Source: an uncultured Actinomycetes bacterium (GTDB taxonomy: Bacteria > Actinomycetota > Thermoleophilia > RBG-16-64-13). From it: 64,000 nt of DNA. The notes beneath the pieces are model-generated. The model made no database searches. It saw nothing but the letters and a program-made list of their open reading frames with translations, and was not told where the DNA came from. Of this stretch, positions 19,990-30,550 are shown one piece after another. The stretch is from assembly GCA_963841735.1 (NCBI GenBank), contig CAWJDT010000001.1, forward strand, positions 1,024,001 to 1,088,000. Direction: 5' to 3'. The first letter of the stretch is position 1; each line of letters opens with the position of its first letter. A program made the position numbers and the translations under genes.

Positions 19990-21861
19990 ATGGCGCACGG
20001 TTTCGCTGGGAGGCTTCTCTTTGTTGACCTGACCACCGGTGAGATATCTGAGGAGGCGCCGGAGGAGAGCTTCTACCGAAGCTGCATCGGAGGGACGGGT
20101 CTTGGGGCAGCGATCCTGATGGACCGCATGAAACCCGGGGCGGACCCGTTGGGACCAGACAACATGCTGGCTTTTTGCACTGGGCCTCTGACGGCCACCG
20201 GGGTGTATGGCGGGGGCCGGTTCATGGTGACCACCAAGTCCCCGCTCACCGGAGGCTGGGCCGACTCGAACTCCGGCGGTACCTGGGGGCCGCAGCTCAA
20301 GTACGCTGGGTACGACGCCGTATTCTTCACCGGCGCGGCGGAGAAGCCCGTCTGCCTGGTGATCGATAAAGGCCAAGTGCATCTTGTCTCCGCCGACCGT
20401 CTGTGGGGCAGAGATACCTACGAGACCGACGACATGCTGCAGGTGGAGCTGGGCGATCCAGGCAGCTGGACCGTGTCTTGCATCGGTCCCGGCGGCGAGC
20501 AGTGCTCGCGCCTGGCCGGCATCGTCAACGAGAAGGGCAGGATTGCAGCCCGCTCGGGGGTGGGGGCTGTCATGGGCTCCAAGAAGCTCAAGGCTATTGC
20601 AGTACGGGGATCAAAGGGCGCCCGTATCGCCGTGGCGGACAAGGAGGGCCTGAAGGCCGTCCAAAAAGGCTACAGCGCGATGATCAAGGGGAGCGGCTTT
20701 ATGAGCGGGCTCTCGGCCGGCGGCACGGGCGGGGGGACGAGCTTCCTGGTGTCCATCGGAGACTGTCCCACCAACAACTGGGCGACTACGGGTACCGATT
20801 CGTTTCCGACGGCGAACAACCTGGACACCGCGAACATGGACGTCTACAAACTGCGGTCCTATGGCTGCGCCTCGTGCCCGGTACGTTGCGGCGCACTCGT
20901 GCGCATCGATGACGGCCCCTACAAGAGCCAGGACGAGACTCACAGGCCCGAGTACGAGACCCTGGGCGCATTGGGCGCCATATGCCGCAACGACAGCGCC
21001 GAGGCCATCATCCGGGCCAACGAGATCTGCAATCGCTACGGAATAGACACCATCTCGGTGGGGGGTACCATCGCCTTCGCCATCGAGTGCTACGAGAACG
21101 GCATCATCGACAAGAATGAGACCGACGGTTTGGAGCTCACTTGGGGAAACTCGGCGGCTGTTGTGGCCCTTGTCGAGAAGATGGCCAAGCGCGAGGGCTT
21201 CGGCGCCGTACTCGCCGACGGTTCGAAGGTGGCGGCGGAGCGCATCGGCCGGGGAAGCGAGCGGTACGCCATGCACATCGGCGGGCGGGAACTGCCGCTG
21301 CACGACCCGCGGATGACGCCGTCGCTGGGCTCTTTCTACATCTCCGATGCAACACCGTCGCAGCACTGCGGACCGGCCTCGATGGCTCTGCTTGACCAGG
21401 GCGTGCCCCTGGGCCCCGATCCTTCGCTGCAGTCTGACTCCAAAGAGGTCTACGGCTCGTACGATCAGAAGGGCGACATCTACGCGCGTGGGGCGGCCTA
21501 TTACCAACTGCTAAGTTCGGCGGGCTTGTGCGCGCTCTACGCGCAGTTCGACGCCCCACCTGTAGTGGAGTTGTTGCGCCCGGTCACCGGTTGGGATATG
21601 GACTGGTCCGAGGGCATCAAAGCAGGTAAGCGCATCCTGACTCTGCGCCAGGCTTTCAACTTCAGAGAAGGGCTGAGACCCGAAGACTTCCGGTTCCCGA
21701 AGCGGTTCGACGAACCCGTGGGCGCCGGGCCGGCCGCGGGACAGCGGCCCCCGCTTGAGGATCTGCGTGGTGAGTACTTCAAAGCGCTGGGCTGGGATGC
21801 GAAGACAGGCAGACCCCTGCCCGAGACCCTGGCCGGTCTTGGGCTGGATATCAAGATCTGA
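19990..21861 (+). CDS. Aldehyde:ferredoxin oxidoreductase (W/Mo-bis-pterin AOR family)
   Basis: KSPLTGG, GAVMGSKKLKA, CASCPVRC, PEYET, YGIDTIS, HDPR. Confidence 0.95.
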   Translation: MAHGFAGRLLFVDLTTGEISEEAPEESFYRSCIGGTGLGAAILMDRMKPGADPLGPDNMLAFCTGPLTATGVYGGGRFMVTTKSPLTGGWADSNSGGTWGPQLKYAGYDAVFFTGAAEKPVCLVIDKGQVHLVSADRLWGRDTYETDDMLQVELGDPGSWTVSCIGPGGEQCSRLAGIVNEKGRIAARSGVGAVMGSKKLKAIAVRGSKGARIAVADKEGLKAVQKGYSAMIKGSGFMSGLSAGGTGGGTSFLVSIGDCPTNNWATTGTDSFPTANNLDTANMDVYKLRSYGCASCPVRCGALVRIDDGPYKSQDETHRPEYETLGALGAICRNDSAEAIIRANEICNRYGIDTISVGGTIAFAIECYENGIIDKNETDGLELTWGNSAAVVALVEKMAKREGFGAVLADGSKVAAERIGRGSERYAMHIGGRELPLHDPRMTPSLGSFYISDATPSQHCGPASMALLDQGVPLGPDPSLQSDSKEVYGSYDQKGDIYARGAAYYQLLSSAGLCALYAQFDAPPVVELLRPVTGWDMDWSEGIKAGKRILTLRQAFNFREGLRPEDFRFPKRFDEPVGAGPAAGQRPPLEDLRGEYFKALGWDAKTGRPLPETLAGLGLDIKI

Positions 21862-21924
21862 GCGGCAGGCCCGGCGCTCCTCGGCTGCGGCTGCCCCAGC
21901 TTGGGACGGCGCGGCTCAGTCCGT

Positions 21925-22908
21925 CTAGGCCCCCGGCGCCGTGAACCCGGCGGAGATGTTCAGGGCGCCTCTGATGGCCTCCACGATCTTGATCTTATCG
22001 GGGATGGCGAACTTCTCCATGGGCGGGCTGAACGGGATGGGGACATCCAGCGCGCAGACCCGGACAGGCGCGGTCTTCATGGCGGCGAAAGTGGCGGTGT
22101 CGGAGGTCGCCAGGGCGATGATCTCGGCGGCGGCGCCGCAGGTCTGGCAGGCCTCGTCTACAACCACGAGCCGTCCGGTCTTCTTGACCGAAGCGCGCAC
22201 GGCTTCGGCGTCGAACGGCACGAGCGTCCGCGGGTCGATCACCTCCACCGACACACCCTCACCGGCCAGTTCTTCCGCGGCCGCCAAGGCCTCGTGGACC
22301 ATCGCGGACAGGGCGACCACTGTGACGTCGAAACCCTCGCGCTTGAGGTCTGCCTGGCCGAACGGTATGAAGTACTCCTCCTCGGGTACTTCGCCCTTCA
22401 TGCCTCCCAGAAGGACGTGCTCGAACGACACCACAGGGTTGTTGTCCCGCAGGGCTGTCTTGAAGAGTCCCTTGGCGTCGTATGGCGTGGCAGGCAGGAT
22501 GATCTTCAGCCCAGGCGCGTTCATGTACATGGGGTAGGGGCTGACCGAATGCTCCGCGGCGGACGAAACACCAGCGCCGATGGTCATGCGGTATAGGATG
22601 GGAAAGCTGGCCTGCCCGCCAAACATGTAGGTGATTTTGGCGGCATGATTGATGAGCTGGTCCATGGCCACGAAGCCGAAGGTGGCCATGCGGATGTTGG
22701 CGATGGTCCTGAATCCCGACCCTGCCAAGCCTATGGCCGCCCCCACGAACGAATTCTCTGCGATGGGTGTGACCCGAACGCGCTCTGCACCGAACTCGTC
22801 CTGCAGTTCGGCGACCAGGTCGGTGGCCATGTAGACGGTCCGGGGGTCTCTGCGGAACTCCTCCTGGGTCGCCTCGAGGATCGCCTGGTTGTAGGTGATC
22901 TCTCTCAC
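21925..22908 (-). CDS. 2-oxoacid/acetoin dehydrogenase E1 beta subunit
   Basis: TPIAE, EHS, PATPYDAKGL, EVIDPRTLVP, KKTGRLVVVDE. Confidence 0.92.
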   Translation of the reverse strand: MREITYNQAILEATQEEFRRDPRTVYMATDLVAELQDEFGAERVRVTPIAENSFVGAAIGLAGSGFRTIANIRMATFGFVAMDQLINHAAKITYMFGGQASFPILYRMTIGAGVSSAAEHSVSPYPMYMNAPGLKIILPATPYDAKGLFKTALRDNNPVVSFEHVLLGGMKGEVPEEEYFIPFGQADLKREGFDVTVVALSAMVHEALAAAEELAGEGVSVEVIDPRTLVPFDAEAVRASVKKTGRLVVVDEACQTCGAAAEIIALATSDTATFAAMKTAPVRVCALDVPIPFSPPMEKFAIPDKIKIVEAIRGALNISAGFTAPGA

Positions 22909-23873
22909 CTGGAGTACACGTCCTCTAGCGCGTCCTCAGGGGCCGGGTAGGGACTCTCGACTGCGAAGGTGTGGGCCGCTTCCACCTGGCTCATGATCTG
23001 CGAGTCGATGCGCTCGAGGTCTTCGCGGTCGAGCACGGTGGCGGTCAGCAAGCTAGACCCATAGGTCGCGATGGGGTCCTTGTTGGTCCAGGCCTCGATC
23101 TCGTCCCGGGGCCGCCGGTCTTCGTGCGTGTCGGAGAGGAAATGCTTGTGCCACCGATAGGTATCGCATTCCAAGAAGTAGGGGCCCTCACCGCGTCTAA
23201 GCACCCCCATGGCTTCCTCGGTGGCGAGGTAGACGGCTTCGACGTCGTTGCCGTGGATAGCCTTGCTGGGGATGTGGTAGGCCTCCGGCAACCGGACTAT
23301 TTCGTCGGGAGCCAAGGCATAGGAGCGCGGGGTGTGTACGCCGTAGTGGTTGTTCTCGCAGACGAAGAGAAGCGGTAGCCGCCAGACGGCCGCCAGATTG
23401 AGCACTTCGTGGAGCTCCCCCTCTTGGCAGGCCCCGTCGCCGAAGAAGACGGCGGCCATGTTGCCTTTGCCTTCCAGCTGGGCGGACATGGCGGCTCCCG
23501 CTGCGATGGGCAGGCCCGCTCCGACGATGCCGTCGGCCCCCAGCATGCCGATGCTGAAGTCGGCGATATGCATGGACCCTCCCTTGCCCTTGCAGCAGCC
23601 GGTCTTCTTGCCGTAGACCTCGGCCATCATCCGGTTTATGTCGGCGCCCTTGGCGATGCAGTGCCCGTGGCCCCGATGGTTGCTGACGATTCGGTCGGCG
23701 TTGTTCAGATGCCGGCACACCCCGGTGGCGATGGCTTCCTGGCCGATGTAGGAGTGGACGAAGCCGACTATATTGCCGGCGTAGAACTCCGAAGCCACCC
23801 GCTCCTCGAAGCGGCGGATGGTGAGCATCATGGTGTACAGGTCTATCTGTTTCTGCCTGTCCAAGACGAACAT
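22905..23873 (-). CDS. 2-oxoacid/acetoin dehydrogenase E1 alpha subunit (ThDP)
   Basis: GQEA, HRGHGH, GKGGSMH, GDGA...ENN; 4-bp overlap with beta. Confidence 0.93.
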   Translation of the reverse strand: MFVLDRQKQIDLYTMMLTIRRFEERVASEFYAGNIVGFVHSYIGQEAIATGVCRHLNNADRIVSNHRGHGHCIAKGADINRMMAEVYGKKTGCCKGKGGSMHIADFSIGMLGADGIVGAGLPIAAGAAMSAQLEGKGNMAAVFFGDGACQEGELHEVLNLAAVWRLPLLFVCENNHYGVHTPRSYALAPDEIVRLPEAYHIPSKAIHGNDVEAVYLATEEAMGVLRRGEGPYFLECDTYRWHKHFLSDTHEDRRPRDEIEAWTNKDPIATYGSSLLTATVLDREDLERIDSQIMSQVEAAHTFAVESPYPAPEDALEDVYSR

Positions 23874-23947
23874 GGACCTCCAGCGTGGCGGCCGGGCGGC
23901 ACCAGTCTATCAGGCGGGGGCCGGTCTGGCGGCGAGCGCCGCGCCGC

Positions 23948-24982
23948 TCAACGCAACATTCTCGCCAAGCCGGCGATGGTGGTAAAGGGCTGCATCCGGA
24001 GGCGTTTTAACTTGAAGAGACCGGCGAGTTCAAAACCGCCGCCTTTGTCCGTGGCCACCGCCATGACGTAGCCTGCCGCCCGAACTGCCTCGATAACCTT
24101 AGTGTTGTAGGCTCCCGCGGGGTAGCAGAGTACGTAGCTGGGCTCACCGATGGCCACGGCGATGGCTTGGCGGGATTCGACCATTTCTGTCTCCAGCCGT
24201 GCTCTTGACACCCCGCGAAGGTCTGGGTGTGAGACCGTGTGCGACTGGACGGACATTCCCGCCGCGGCCATCTCGCGCAGCTGGTCCCAGGTCATCTGGC
24301 CTTCCTTGCCTCGGTCGGCGGGCCCCGTGATGACAAAGAAGGTGGCGGTGAACCCGAACTTCTTGAGCATGGGGAATGCCACCTTGTAGTTGTCCTCGCC
24401 CCCGTCGTCGAACGTCAACACCACCGGTTTGGGGGGGAGCTCCTTGAGCCCGGCCATGGCGAGATAGACGTCGGCGAAGCTGATTGTGCAGTAGTCGTTT
24501 GTGAAGAGATATTCCATCTGGGCTTCGAAGTCCTCGGTCTTCACTGTGAGGTCGGCGGCATATGGGCCGGCCGGCGGAGGCTCTTCGTCCACGTAGTGGT
24601 ACATCAGGATGGGCACGTCTACAGCTATCGCGCCGGCGGGCAGTGTGCTGGGGAGTGTCGCGCTCACTGGGGGCGCCTGGGTAGTCGTCGTCTGCACACT
24701 GGTGGTGGACGGGAGTGAGGCCGAGGACGTAGTGGCCGCGGAGGTAGAGGTGGGGGCGACTGTGCTCTGTACGCTAGATGCGACGCCGCTGGCTCCAGCT
24801 TCGCTGCAGGCCGCGAGGTTGGCTCCGGCAAGAGCGGTTCCTATCAACACCACGACGACAAAGATCGTCGTCGGCGCCCATGAACGGTCTGCCGGTCCGT
24901 GTTTCAACGCGGATCGGCCGGGCCTCCGCCCTGTTTGGCGGCGATTGCCCGCGCTGCCCATGGGGGCGAGATGATTGCGCAT
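23948..24982 (-). CDS. Membrane-anchored polysaccharide deacetylase (CE4/NodB)
   Basis: PILMYH, LTFDDG, SHTVSHPDL, YPAG; Ser/Thr linker; start uncertain. Confidence 0.88.
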   Translation of the reverse strand: MRNHLAPMGSAGNRRQTGRRPGRSALKHGPADRSWAPTTIFVVVVLIGTALAGANLAACSEAGASGVASSVQSTVAPTSTSAATTSSASLPSTTSVQTTTTQAPPVSATLPSTLPAGAIAVDVPILMYHYVDEEPPPAGPYAADLTVKTEDFEAQMEYLFTNDYCTISFADVYLAMAGLKELPPKPVVLTFDDGGEDNYKVAFPMLKKFGFTATFFVITGPADRGKEGQMTWDQLREMAAAGMSVQSHTVSHPDLRGVSRARLETEMVESRQAIAVAIGEPSYVLCYPAGAYNTKVIEAVRAAGYVMAVATDKGGGFELAGLFKLKRLRMQPFTTIAGLARMLR

Positions 24983-25076
24983 TGCGCCATTGTAGCTTCG
25001 GTCGCTTCGGACGTAGGCAGCCTGCGCTGCGACCGGGTGAGAAGAGGGCGCGGCGCATGCGCTAGAGTGTGGTCCC

Positions 25077-25631
25077 ATGAGCTTCTGGTATCTGATAGGG
25101 CTGGCCCTCGGCCTGGCAATGGACGCCTTTGCCGTTTCTGTGGCCGCGGGCATCCAGGTGACGAAGCTCGACTACGGACATGTCGCCCGGCTGGCCCTGA
25201 GCTTCGGATTCTTCCAGTTCATGATGCCGGTGCTCGGGTGGCTCGCCGGTCGCGGGCTCTCCCGATGGCTGTCGGCTGTCGATCACTGGATCGCCTTTGG
25301 CCTTCTGGTGGTCATCGGTAGCAGGATGCTGTGGGAGTCGTTTCGAACCCCCGGATGTGGCGTCAAGGACCCCACGCGGGGCTGGAAGCTCCTCACCCTG
25401 TCGATCGCGACCAGCATCGACGCTCTGGCGGTTGGACTCAGCCTCGCTCTGCTCGATGTGTCCATATGGGTCCCCAGCATTGTGATCGGCGTGGTAGCCG
25501 CTGTTCTCAGCGCGCTTGGAGCCTTCTTTGGATCTCGTTTGGGATGCTGGTTTGGGGTCTGGGCCGAGCGGTTTGGTGGACTGGTGCTCATCGGCATCGG
25601 CGTGAAGATCTTGGTGGATCACCTAGCCTGA
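25077..25631 (+). CDS. mntP: Manganese efflux pump MntP family
   Basis: LAMDAFAVS, DHWIAF, IATSIDALAVG. Confidence 0.92.
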   Translation: MSFWYLIGLALGLAMDAFAVSVAAGIQVTKLDYGHVARLALSFGFFQFMMPVLGWLAGRGLSRWLSAVDHWIAFGLLVVIGSRMLWESFRTPGCGVKDPTRGWKLLTLSIATSIDALAVGLSLALLDVSIWVPSIVIGVVAAVLSALGAFFGSRLGCWFGVWAERFGGLVLIGIGVKILVDHLA

Positions 25632-28408
25632 CGAGTCTCGGCCGTCTGCCTCGCGGCGATCGACCTGGCCTGTGCCTCCGACAGGAAGGCCAAGGTCCGC
25701 TCGGCATCCATGGGCTCAGAGAAGTGAAAACCCTGTCCAAACCGGCAGCCCAGATCTGCCAGCTTGTCGCGCTGGCCCTCGTGTTCTATGCCTTCGGCGA
25801 CCGTGTACAAGTCGAGGCTATCGGCCAAGCCGATGATGGCCCGAGCCATGGCGGACCGGTGCCGGCTCTTGAGCAGGTCGTCGATGAATGGCTTGGCGAT
25901 CTTCACACAATCGAAGGGGAAAGCGTGCAGTCGGCCCAATGATGAGTAGCCGGTGCCGAAATCGTCGATCGATAGTAGGACTCCCAACTGCTTGATGGCC
26001 CACAGCTTGGTGGAGGTGAGCTGCTCGTCCTCGATCAACGCGAACTCCGTCACCTCGAGGGTCAGTTGTGACGGTTCCAGGCGGCTCGACTCAATGGCCT
26101 CCGCTATCAGGGAGACGATGGTAGGCTCTCGGAGCTGGCGGGGCGAAAGGTTGACCGCGATAGTCAGAGGTTGGCCGCGCGGGGCAAGATGATCCCAGGC
26201 CTTAGTTTGTCGGCAAGCCTCCATGAGGATCTGGCGACCCAGGGTAGTGATCTGCCCGGTCTTCTCGGCCACAGCGATGAATTCGGAGGGCAGGAGCAGG
26301 CCTCGGGTGGGATGTTGCCAACGCGCCAAGGCTTCCAAACCTATGGGCCGGCCTGAAGCAATCTCAACAATCGGCTGGTAGTAGACCACGAACTCGCGGT
26401 TGGCTATGGCCCGGCGCAGATCGGCCTGTACCTCAAGGCGGGCGCGGATGGCCACCTGCATGCCGGGCTGGAAGACCTCAAACGCGTTCTTGCCCTTGGC
26501 CTTGGCCGAATACATGGCGATATCGGCGTTGCGGAGCAACTCCTCGGCGGTGCAGTCGCCTCCCGAGCTGGCGATGCCGATGCTTGCGGAGAGCGGCACT
26601 CTGTGTTCGTCAATAATGAACGGCTCTCTTAGACACGCAAGAGCCTTTTCGGCGACGCTGACGGCGTGGAAGACGTCCGCCGTGTCTTCGATGAGCACGG
26701 CGAACTCGTCACCCCCCAGCCGAGCGGCCGTGTCGCTGGATCTGATGACCGAGTGGAGTCTTCTGGCGACCTCGACCAAAAGAGCGTCACCCATGAGGTG
26801 CCCAAAGTGATCGTTGACCAGTTTGAAATCATCGAGGTCCAAGAATAGAACCGCGAGTTGGCCGCCCGTGCGAGACGCTCGAGTGAGCGCATGCTCCAGG
26901 CGGTCTCTCAGAAGAACGCGGTTGGCCAACTTCGTCAGGGGGTCGTAGAAGATCTGCCGCTCCAACTGCCTCTCGAAGCGCACTCGTTCCTCCACGTCGC
27001 GTATGGTGAGGACGAGACCCTGCACCACGGGTTCGTCGATCAGGTTGGCGATGGTCACGGCGAAGTGACGCCAGGCGCCCTGCGCATCCTTGACGAGCCA
27101 CTCGCTTTCCACCTGGCCGCGCGGTTCGTCAAGGCATTCAGCGATGGTGGCGAGTGCCGAGGCCCGGATGTCTGGATGTAGAAGGTCGATCATCTTGACT
27201 GTTCCGGCCACCGCGTTCTTGACGTCGAGTAGGCGCTCAGCCGAGGGAGTGCCATACGAGATGGTGGTATCCGCACCGGTTACGAGTATGACGTCGGACG
27301 AGTTGGTCACCAGCGCGCGGAACCTCTGCTCACTTTGGTTTACGGCTCGGACGGCTTGGAGGCGCCCGTTCTCGACAGCCGTAACCATCTGGCGGCACAC
27401 GACTACCAGCGACAGCGCCATGGCGCAGAAGAGCAGCGCGTCCAGGGTAGGGGTCAAGAGTCCGCGGGTCTGTTGCACGGCCAAGATGAGGGCGGACAGG
27501 ACCGCGGCGAAGGGCAGCAGCTTTGCGAAAGCACTCGGCCTTTCCCACCACTCGGCCGAGCGCCGGCTGGATCGGGGGGAGGCACAGTAGGCCGCCCAGG
27601 CAAGCGAGCCTATTGAAACCATGTAGATGGCGTCTGACGCGCCTCCAGATGTGTAGACTCCGCGGGCAGTCTCCCCACCCATGAGCACGTCGCTCGCCAG
27701 CGCCGCGCAACATCCGAACACGATCATGAGTGTGGCGGTCTGTGGCAACGTGCGCTGCTTCAGCAGCGCATACCGGGCGACAGCGGCCAGCATGAGTATG
27801 TCTCCGAGGGCGTTGGCAGTGGTGAAGACCGACGTGAGGGCATCCGTGTGGCCCATCTCAAATGCTGGGACGACCCAGAGGAAGGTGACCGCCATACCGC
27901 CGGCCAGTAGGACGATGACGAAATCAAGCCAACCGCCGGCGGCCTCCAGCCCGGAAGGCTTCAGGCGCTGGGCCCCGTCGCGCGGCAGGAGTAGCAGACC
28001 GGCGTAGATGAGCGGATACGCCACAAGATATGCTACGAACGTGAGCCAAGGAGTGGAATGGTCGCTGCCAACGAGCGAGCCGATCAAGTGTCCCAAGCTC
28101 GTCACTTGGATGATCAGCAGGCCGGCCGACAGGAGCAGCCAGGCTCGAGACCAACCCGCGAGCTTCGCCTGCCTCAGGGCGAGCCCCCCAGCGCCGAGAG
28201 TTATGAGCAACTGTCCGACGTTGGCAAGGACAAAGTGCCCGCTGAGTCGCCCGGTGAAGCTGCCGATCACGTAGAGGCACACCAGTATGGTGATCATCCC
28301 CAGGGTCAGCCCGGCGATGCGTGGCCGTGCGGAGTGCGCACACGAAGGCGCGGCCTTCTTGCGCGAAATTCCCCGACTAGTTTTGTGATCGGAAGCTGAG
28401 AGCTTCAC
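25619..28408 (-). CDS. Membrane PAS-GGDEF-EAL diguanylate cyclase/phosphodiesterase
   Basis: Multi-TM N-terminus, PAS, ARLGGDEF, EALARW, DDFGTGYSS; start uncertain. Confidence 0.92.
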   Translation of the reverse strand: MKLSASDHKTSRGISRKKAAPSCAHSARPRIAGLTLGMITILVCLYVIGSFTGRLSGHFVLANVGQLLITLGAGGLALRQAKLAGWSRAWLLLSAGLLIIQVTSLGHLIGSLVGSDHSTPWLTFVAYLVAYPLIYAGLLLLPRDGAQRLKPSGLEAAGGWLDFVIVLLAGGMAVTFLWVVPAFEMGHTDALTSVFTTANALGDILMLAAVARYALLKQRTLPQTATLMIVFGCCAALASDVLMGGETARGVYTSGGASDAIYMVSIGSLAWAAYCASPRSSRRSAEWWERPSAFAKLLPFAAVLSALILAVQQTRGLLTPTLDALLFCAMALSLVVVCRQMVTAVENGRLQAVRAVNQSEQRFRALVTNSSDVILVTGADTTISYGTPSAERLLDVKNAVAGTVKMIDLLHPDIRASALATIAECLDEPRGQVESEWLVKDAQGAWRHFAVTIANLIDEPVVQGLVLTIRDVEERVRFERQLERQIFYDPLTKLANRVLLRDRLEHALTRASRTGGQLAVLFLDLDDFKLVNDHFGHLMGDALLVEVARRLHSVIRSSDTAARLGGDEFAVLIEDTADVFHAVSVAEKALACLREPFIIDEHRVPLSASIGIASSGGDCTAEELLRNADIAMYSAKAKGKNAFEVFQPGMQVAIRARLEVQADLRRAIANREFVVYYQPIVEIASGRPIGLEALARWQHPTRGLLLPSEFIAVAEKTGQITTLGRQILMEACRQTKAWDHLAPRGQPLTIAVNLSPRQLREPTIVSLIAEAIESSRLEPSQLTLEVTEFALIEDEQLTSTKLWAIKQLGVLLSIDDFGTGYSSLGRLHAFPFDCVKIAKPFIDDLLKSRHRSAMARAIIGLADSLDLYTVAEGIEHEGQRDKLADLGCRFGQGFHFSEPMDAERTLAFLSEAQARSIAARQTAETRQAR

Positions 28409-28540
28409 GCGTCCGTAGTGGCCAAGTGGTTCCTGTCGGCTGCTTTCTTTCGGAGGGTTGCTCCAGCAGAGCGATTATCGGCTCAGCCTAGCGAACGCTT
28501 TACCTGAAGAGCGCGAGGGGGTTTCTCGGCCCAGGGCTTG

Positions 28541-29410
28541 TCATGCTTCTGAAGCCGGCCGATGCCTGACGAAGTTCCCGGCCTGGAGCTCCCGCCAGGC
28601 CAGATCGAGCTCCGCGACGGTGTTCATGACGATCGGGCCGCCCCAGGCTATCGGCTCCCGCAGCGGCCGGCCGCTGACAAACAGAAAGCGAGCGCCGCCG
28701 TCGCCGGAAGTCACCAACACGCGGTCGCCATCGTCGAGCAAGACGGTGGTCCCAGCCCCCGCCTGGACCTCCTCTCCCCCTTCGCCGTACCGCGCCGCGC
28801 CAGCGAACAAGTAGGCGAAAACGGTATGTCCAGGCTGCGTGTCGTGGCCCCAGTTGGTGCGTGGCTCCAGCGTGACCTCGAAGTACTCCGGTTCGATGGC
28901 GATGTTGCTAACCGGGCCGGTGGAGCCGTCGATGGTCCCGCAGATGACCGCCACGGTAGCGCCTTCCGACTTGACCGTCGGAATATCGGCTGCTTGGACT
29001 CCCAGGTAGCGCGGATCGACCATTTTGCGCGCGGCCGGCAAGTTTGCCCACAGCTGGAATCCGCCCATCCGGCCCGTCGGATCGCCCCGGGGCATCTCCT
29101 GATGAATGATGCCGCTGCCGGCCGTCATCCACTGGATGTCGCCGCTACCGATGGTGCCCTTGTTGCCCAGTGAGTCGGCGTGATCGACCTCACCCTCGAT
29201 GACGTAGGTGATGGTCTCGATCCCCCTGTGAGGGTGCCAAGGGAAGCCCGCCCGGTATTGGGAGGGCTTGTCGCCGCGAAAGTCGTCGAGCATGAGGAAA
29301 GGGTCGAAAACAGTTTCATGCCCGAAACCGAAGGCGCGGCGGAGATGTACACCTGCTCCCTCAATGGTGGGTCGGCTCGGAGAAGTCAGCGCGACTTTGC
29401 GCACAGGCAT
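28541..29410 (-). CDS. Pirin family protein
   Basis: DPFLMLD, HPHRGIET, WMTAGSGIIHQE, GPIVMN. Confidence 0.95.
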   Translation of the reverse strand: MPVRKVALTSPSRPTIEGAGVHLRRAFGFGHETVFDPFLMLDDFRGDKPSQYRAGFPWHPHRGIETITYVIEGEVDHADSLGNKGTIGSGDIQWMTAGSGIIHQEMPRGDPTGRMGGFQLWANLPAARKMVDPRYLGVQAADIPTVKSEGATVAVICGTIDGSTGPVSNIAIEPEYFEVTLEPRTNWGHDTQPGHTVFAYLFAGAARYGEGGEEVQAGAGTTVLLDDGDRVLVTSGDGGARFLFVSGRPLREPIAWGGPIVMNTVAELDLAWRELQAGNFVRHRPASEA

Positions 29411-29513
29411 GATGTGCTCCCTTCATTGAATCGCCGCGCGATGGCGTTGCCACGGTGTCACGGTGGCTGGTGGGCTGCCGTGGTCACATTGTTCCCACTA
29501 GGCTCACATTGAA

Positions 29514-29597
29514 GGCCGACGGTCCGGCCAGGCCGACGGTCCGGCCAGGCCGACGGTCCGGCCAGGCCGACGGTCCGGCCAGGCCGACGGTCCGGCC
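29514..29597. repeat. Tandem repeat, about 5 x 17 bp
   Basis: GGCCGACGGTCCGGCCA x4 plus a 16/17 fifth copy; no spacers. Confidence 0.95.
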
Positions 29598-29703
29598 GCA
29601 CGTGCCGTCGCCAAGAGCCGGTCGTAGCGCTCCGAAAGGCGCGGCCGGGGCTGATAGCATAGACGACCGGCACAGTCTCCCTGGCCTCGACGGAGGAATC
29701 ATC

Positions 29704-30550
29704 ATGGCGGAAGGTCGAGCGGGCGCGGTTCGTAGCGGGCGCGCCGGTTTCGTCGAACGGTACGGCGCTTGGGCGCTCGTCGCCGGCGCATCTGAAGGTC
29801 TTGGCGCGGCCTACGCCCGGGCGTTGGCCGCGCGCGGCATGGACCTGGTGCTTGTGGCGCGGCGGAAGGAGCCTCTCGAGGTCTTCGCCGGCGAGATACG
29901 AGCAGAATACGGTGTTGAAGCCCGCTGCCACGACGGCGATGTGGCCGACCCGAGGTTTCTGGAGACTCTGCTCGCGATCCTGCTCTGACCTCGATCTGGG
30001 CCTTGTCATCTGCAACGCCGCCCAGTCTCCTATCGGCGATTTCGCGGGCAGAGACAGCCAAGACCTCATGCGCGTGGTCGATGTCAACGTACGTGCTCCC
30101 GTGGTTCTGTTGCGGGCGTTGCTGCCGGGAATGATCGCCCGGGGCCGCGGCGCCGCCATACTCATGACTTCACTCACCGGCAACCAGGGCACGGCCGGCA
30201 TCGCAGCCTATGCGGCTAGCAAGGCGTTTCTGCGGGTGCTGGCCGAAAGCCTCTGGTACGAGCTGAAAGACCAGGGCGTCGACGTGATGGCCTGCATCTG
30301 CGGAGTGGTCCGCACTCCCGGCTACCTGAGCGCGGCCGGAAGGGAGGCCCCCGGTGCTCTCGACCCGGAGCAGGTGGTGGAGCGCGCGCTGCGCGCTCTC
30401 GGGCGGAAGCCGGTGGTCATTCCCGGCCTCATCAACAAGGTGGCCGCCGTGGTCATGACCCGGTTGCTTCCCCGGCGCACGGCCATCGCCCTTCTGGCGA
30501 AGTCCACCGGCAAGTACGCCCAACTCAAAGACACCAAGGGGGCGTCATGA
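29704..30550 (+). pseudogene. SDR oxidoreductase (17beta-HSD/ketoacyl-reductase-like) with an apparent +1 frameshift near 29977
   Basis: [12 protein letters not shown] in one frame; NAA, YAASK in the next; removing one base gives 281 aa. Confidence 0.8.

Noticed and set aside
24983-25076. yybP-ykoY Mn riboswitch expected upstream of mntP
   Set aside because: No GGGGAGTAG...GAGACC signature seen in this short gap.
29514-29597. Tandem repeat as a CRISPR array
   Set aside because: Units are 17 bp and contiguous with no spacers; no cas genes in the window.
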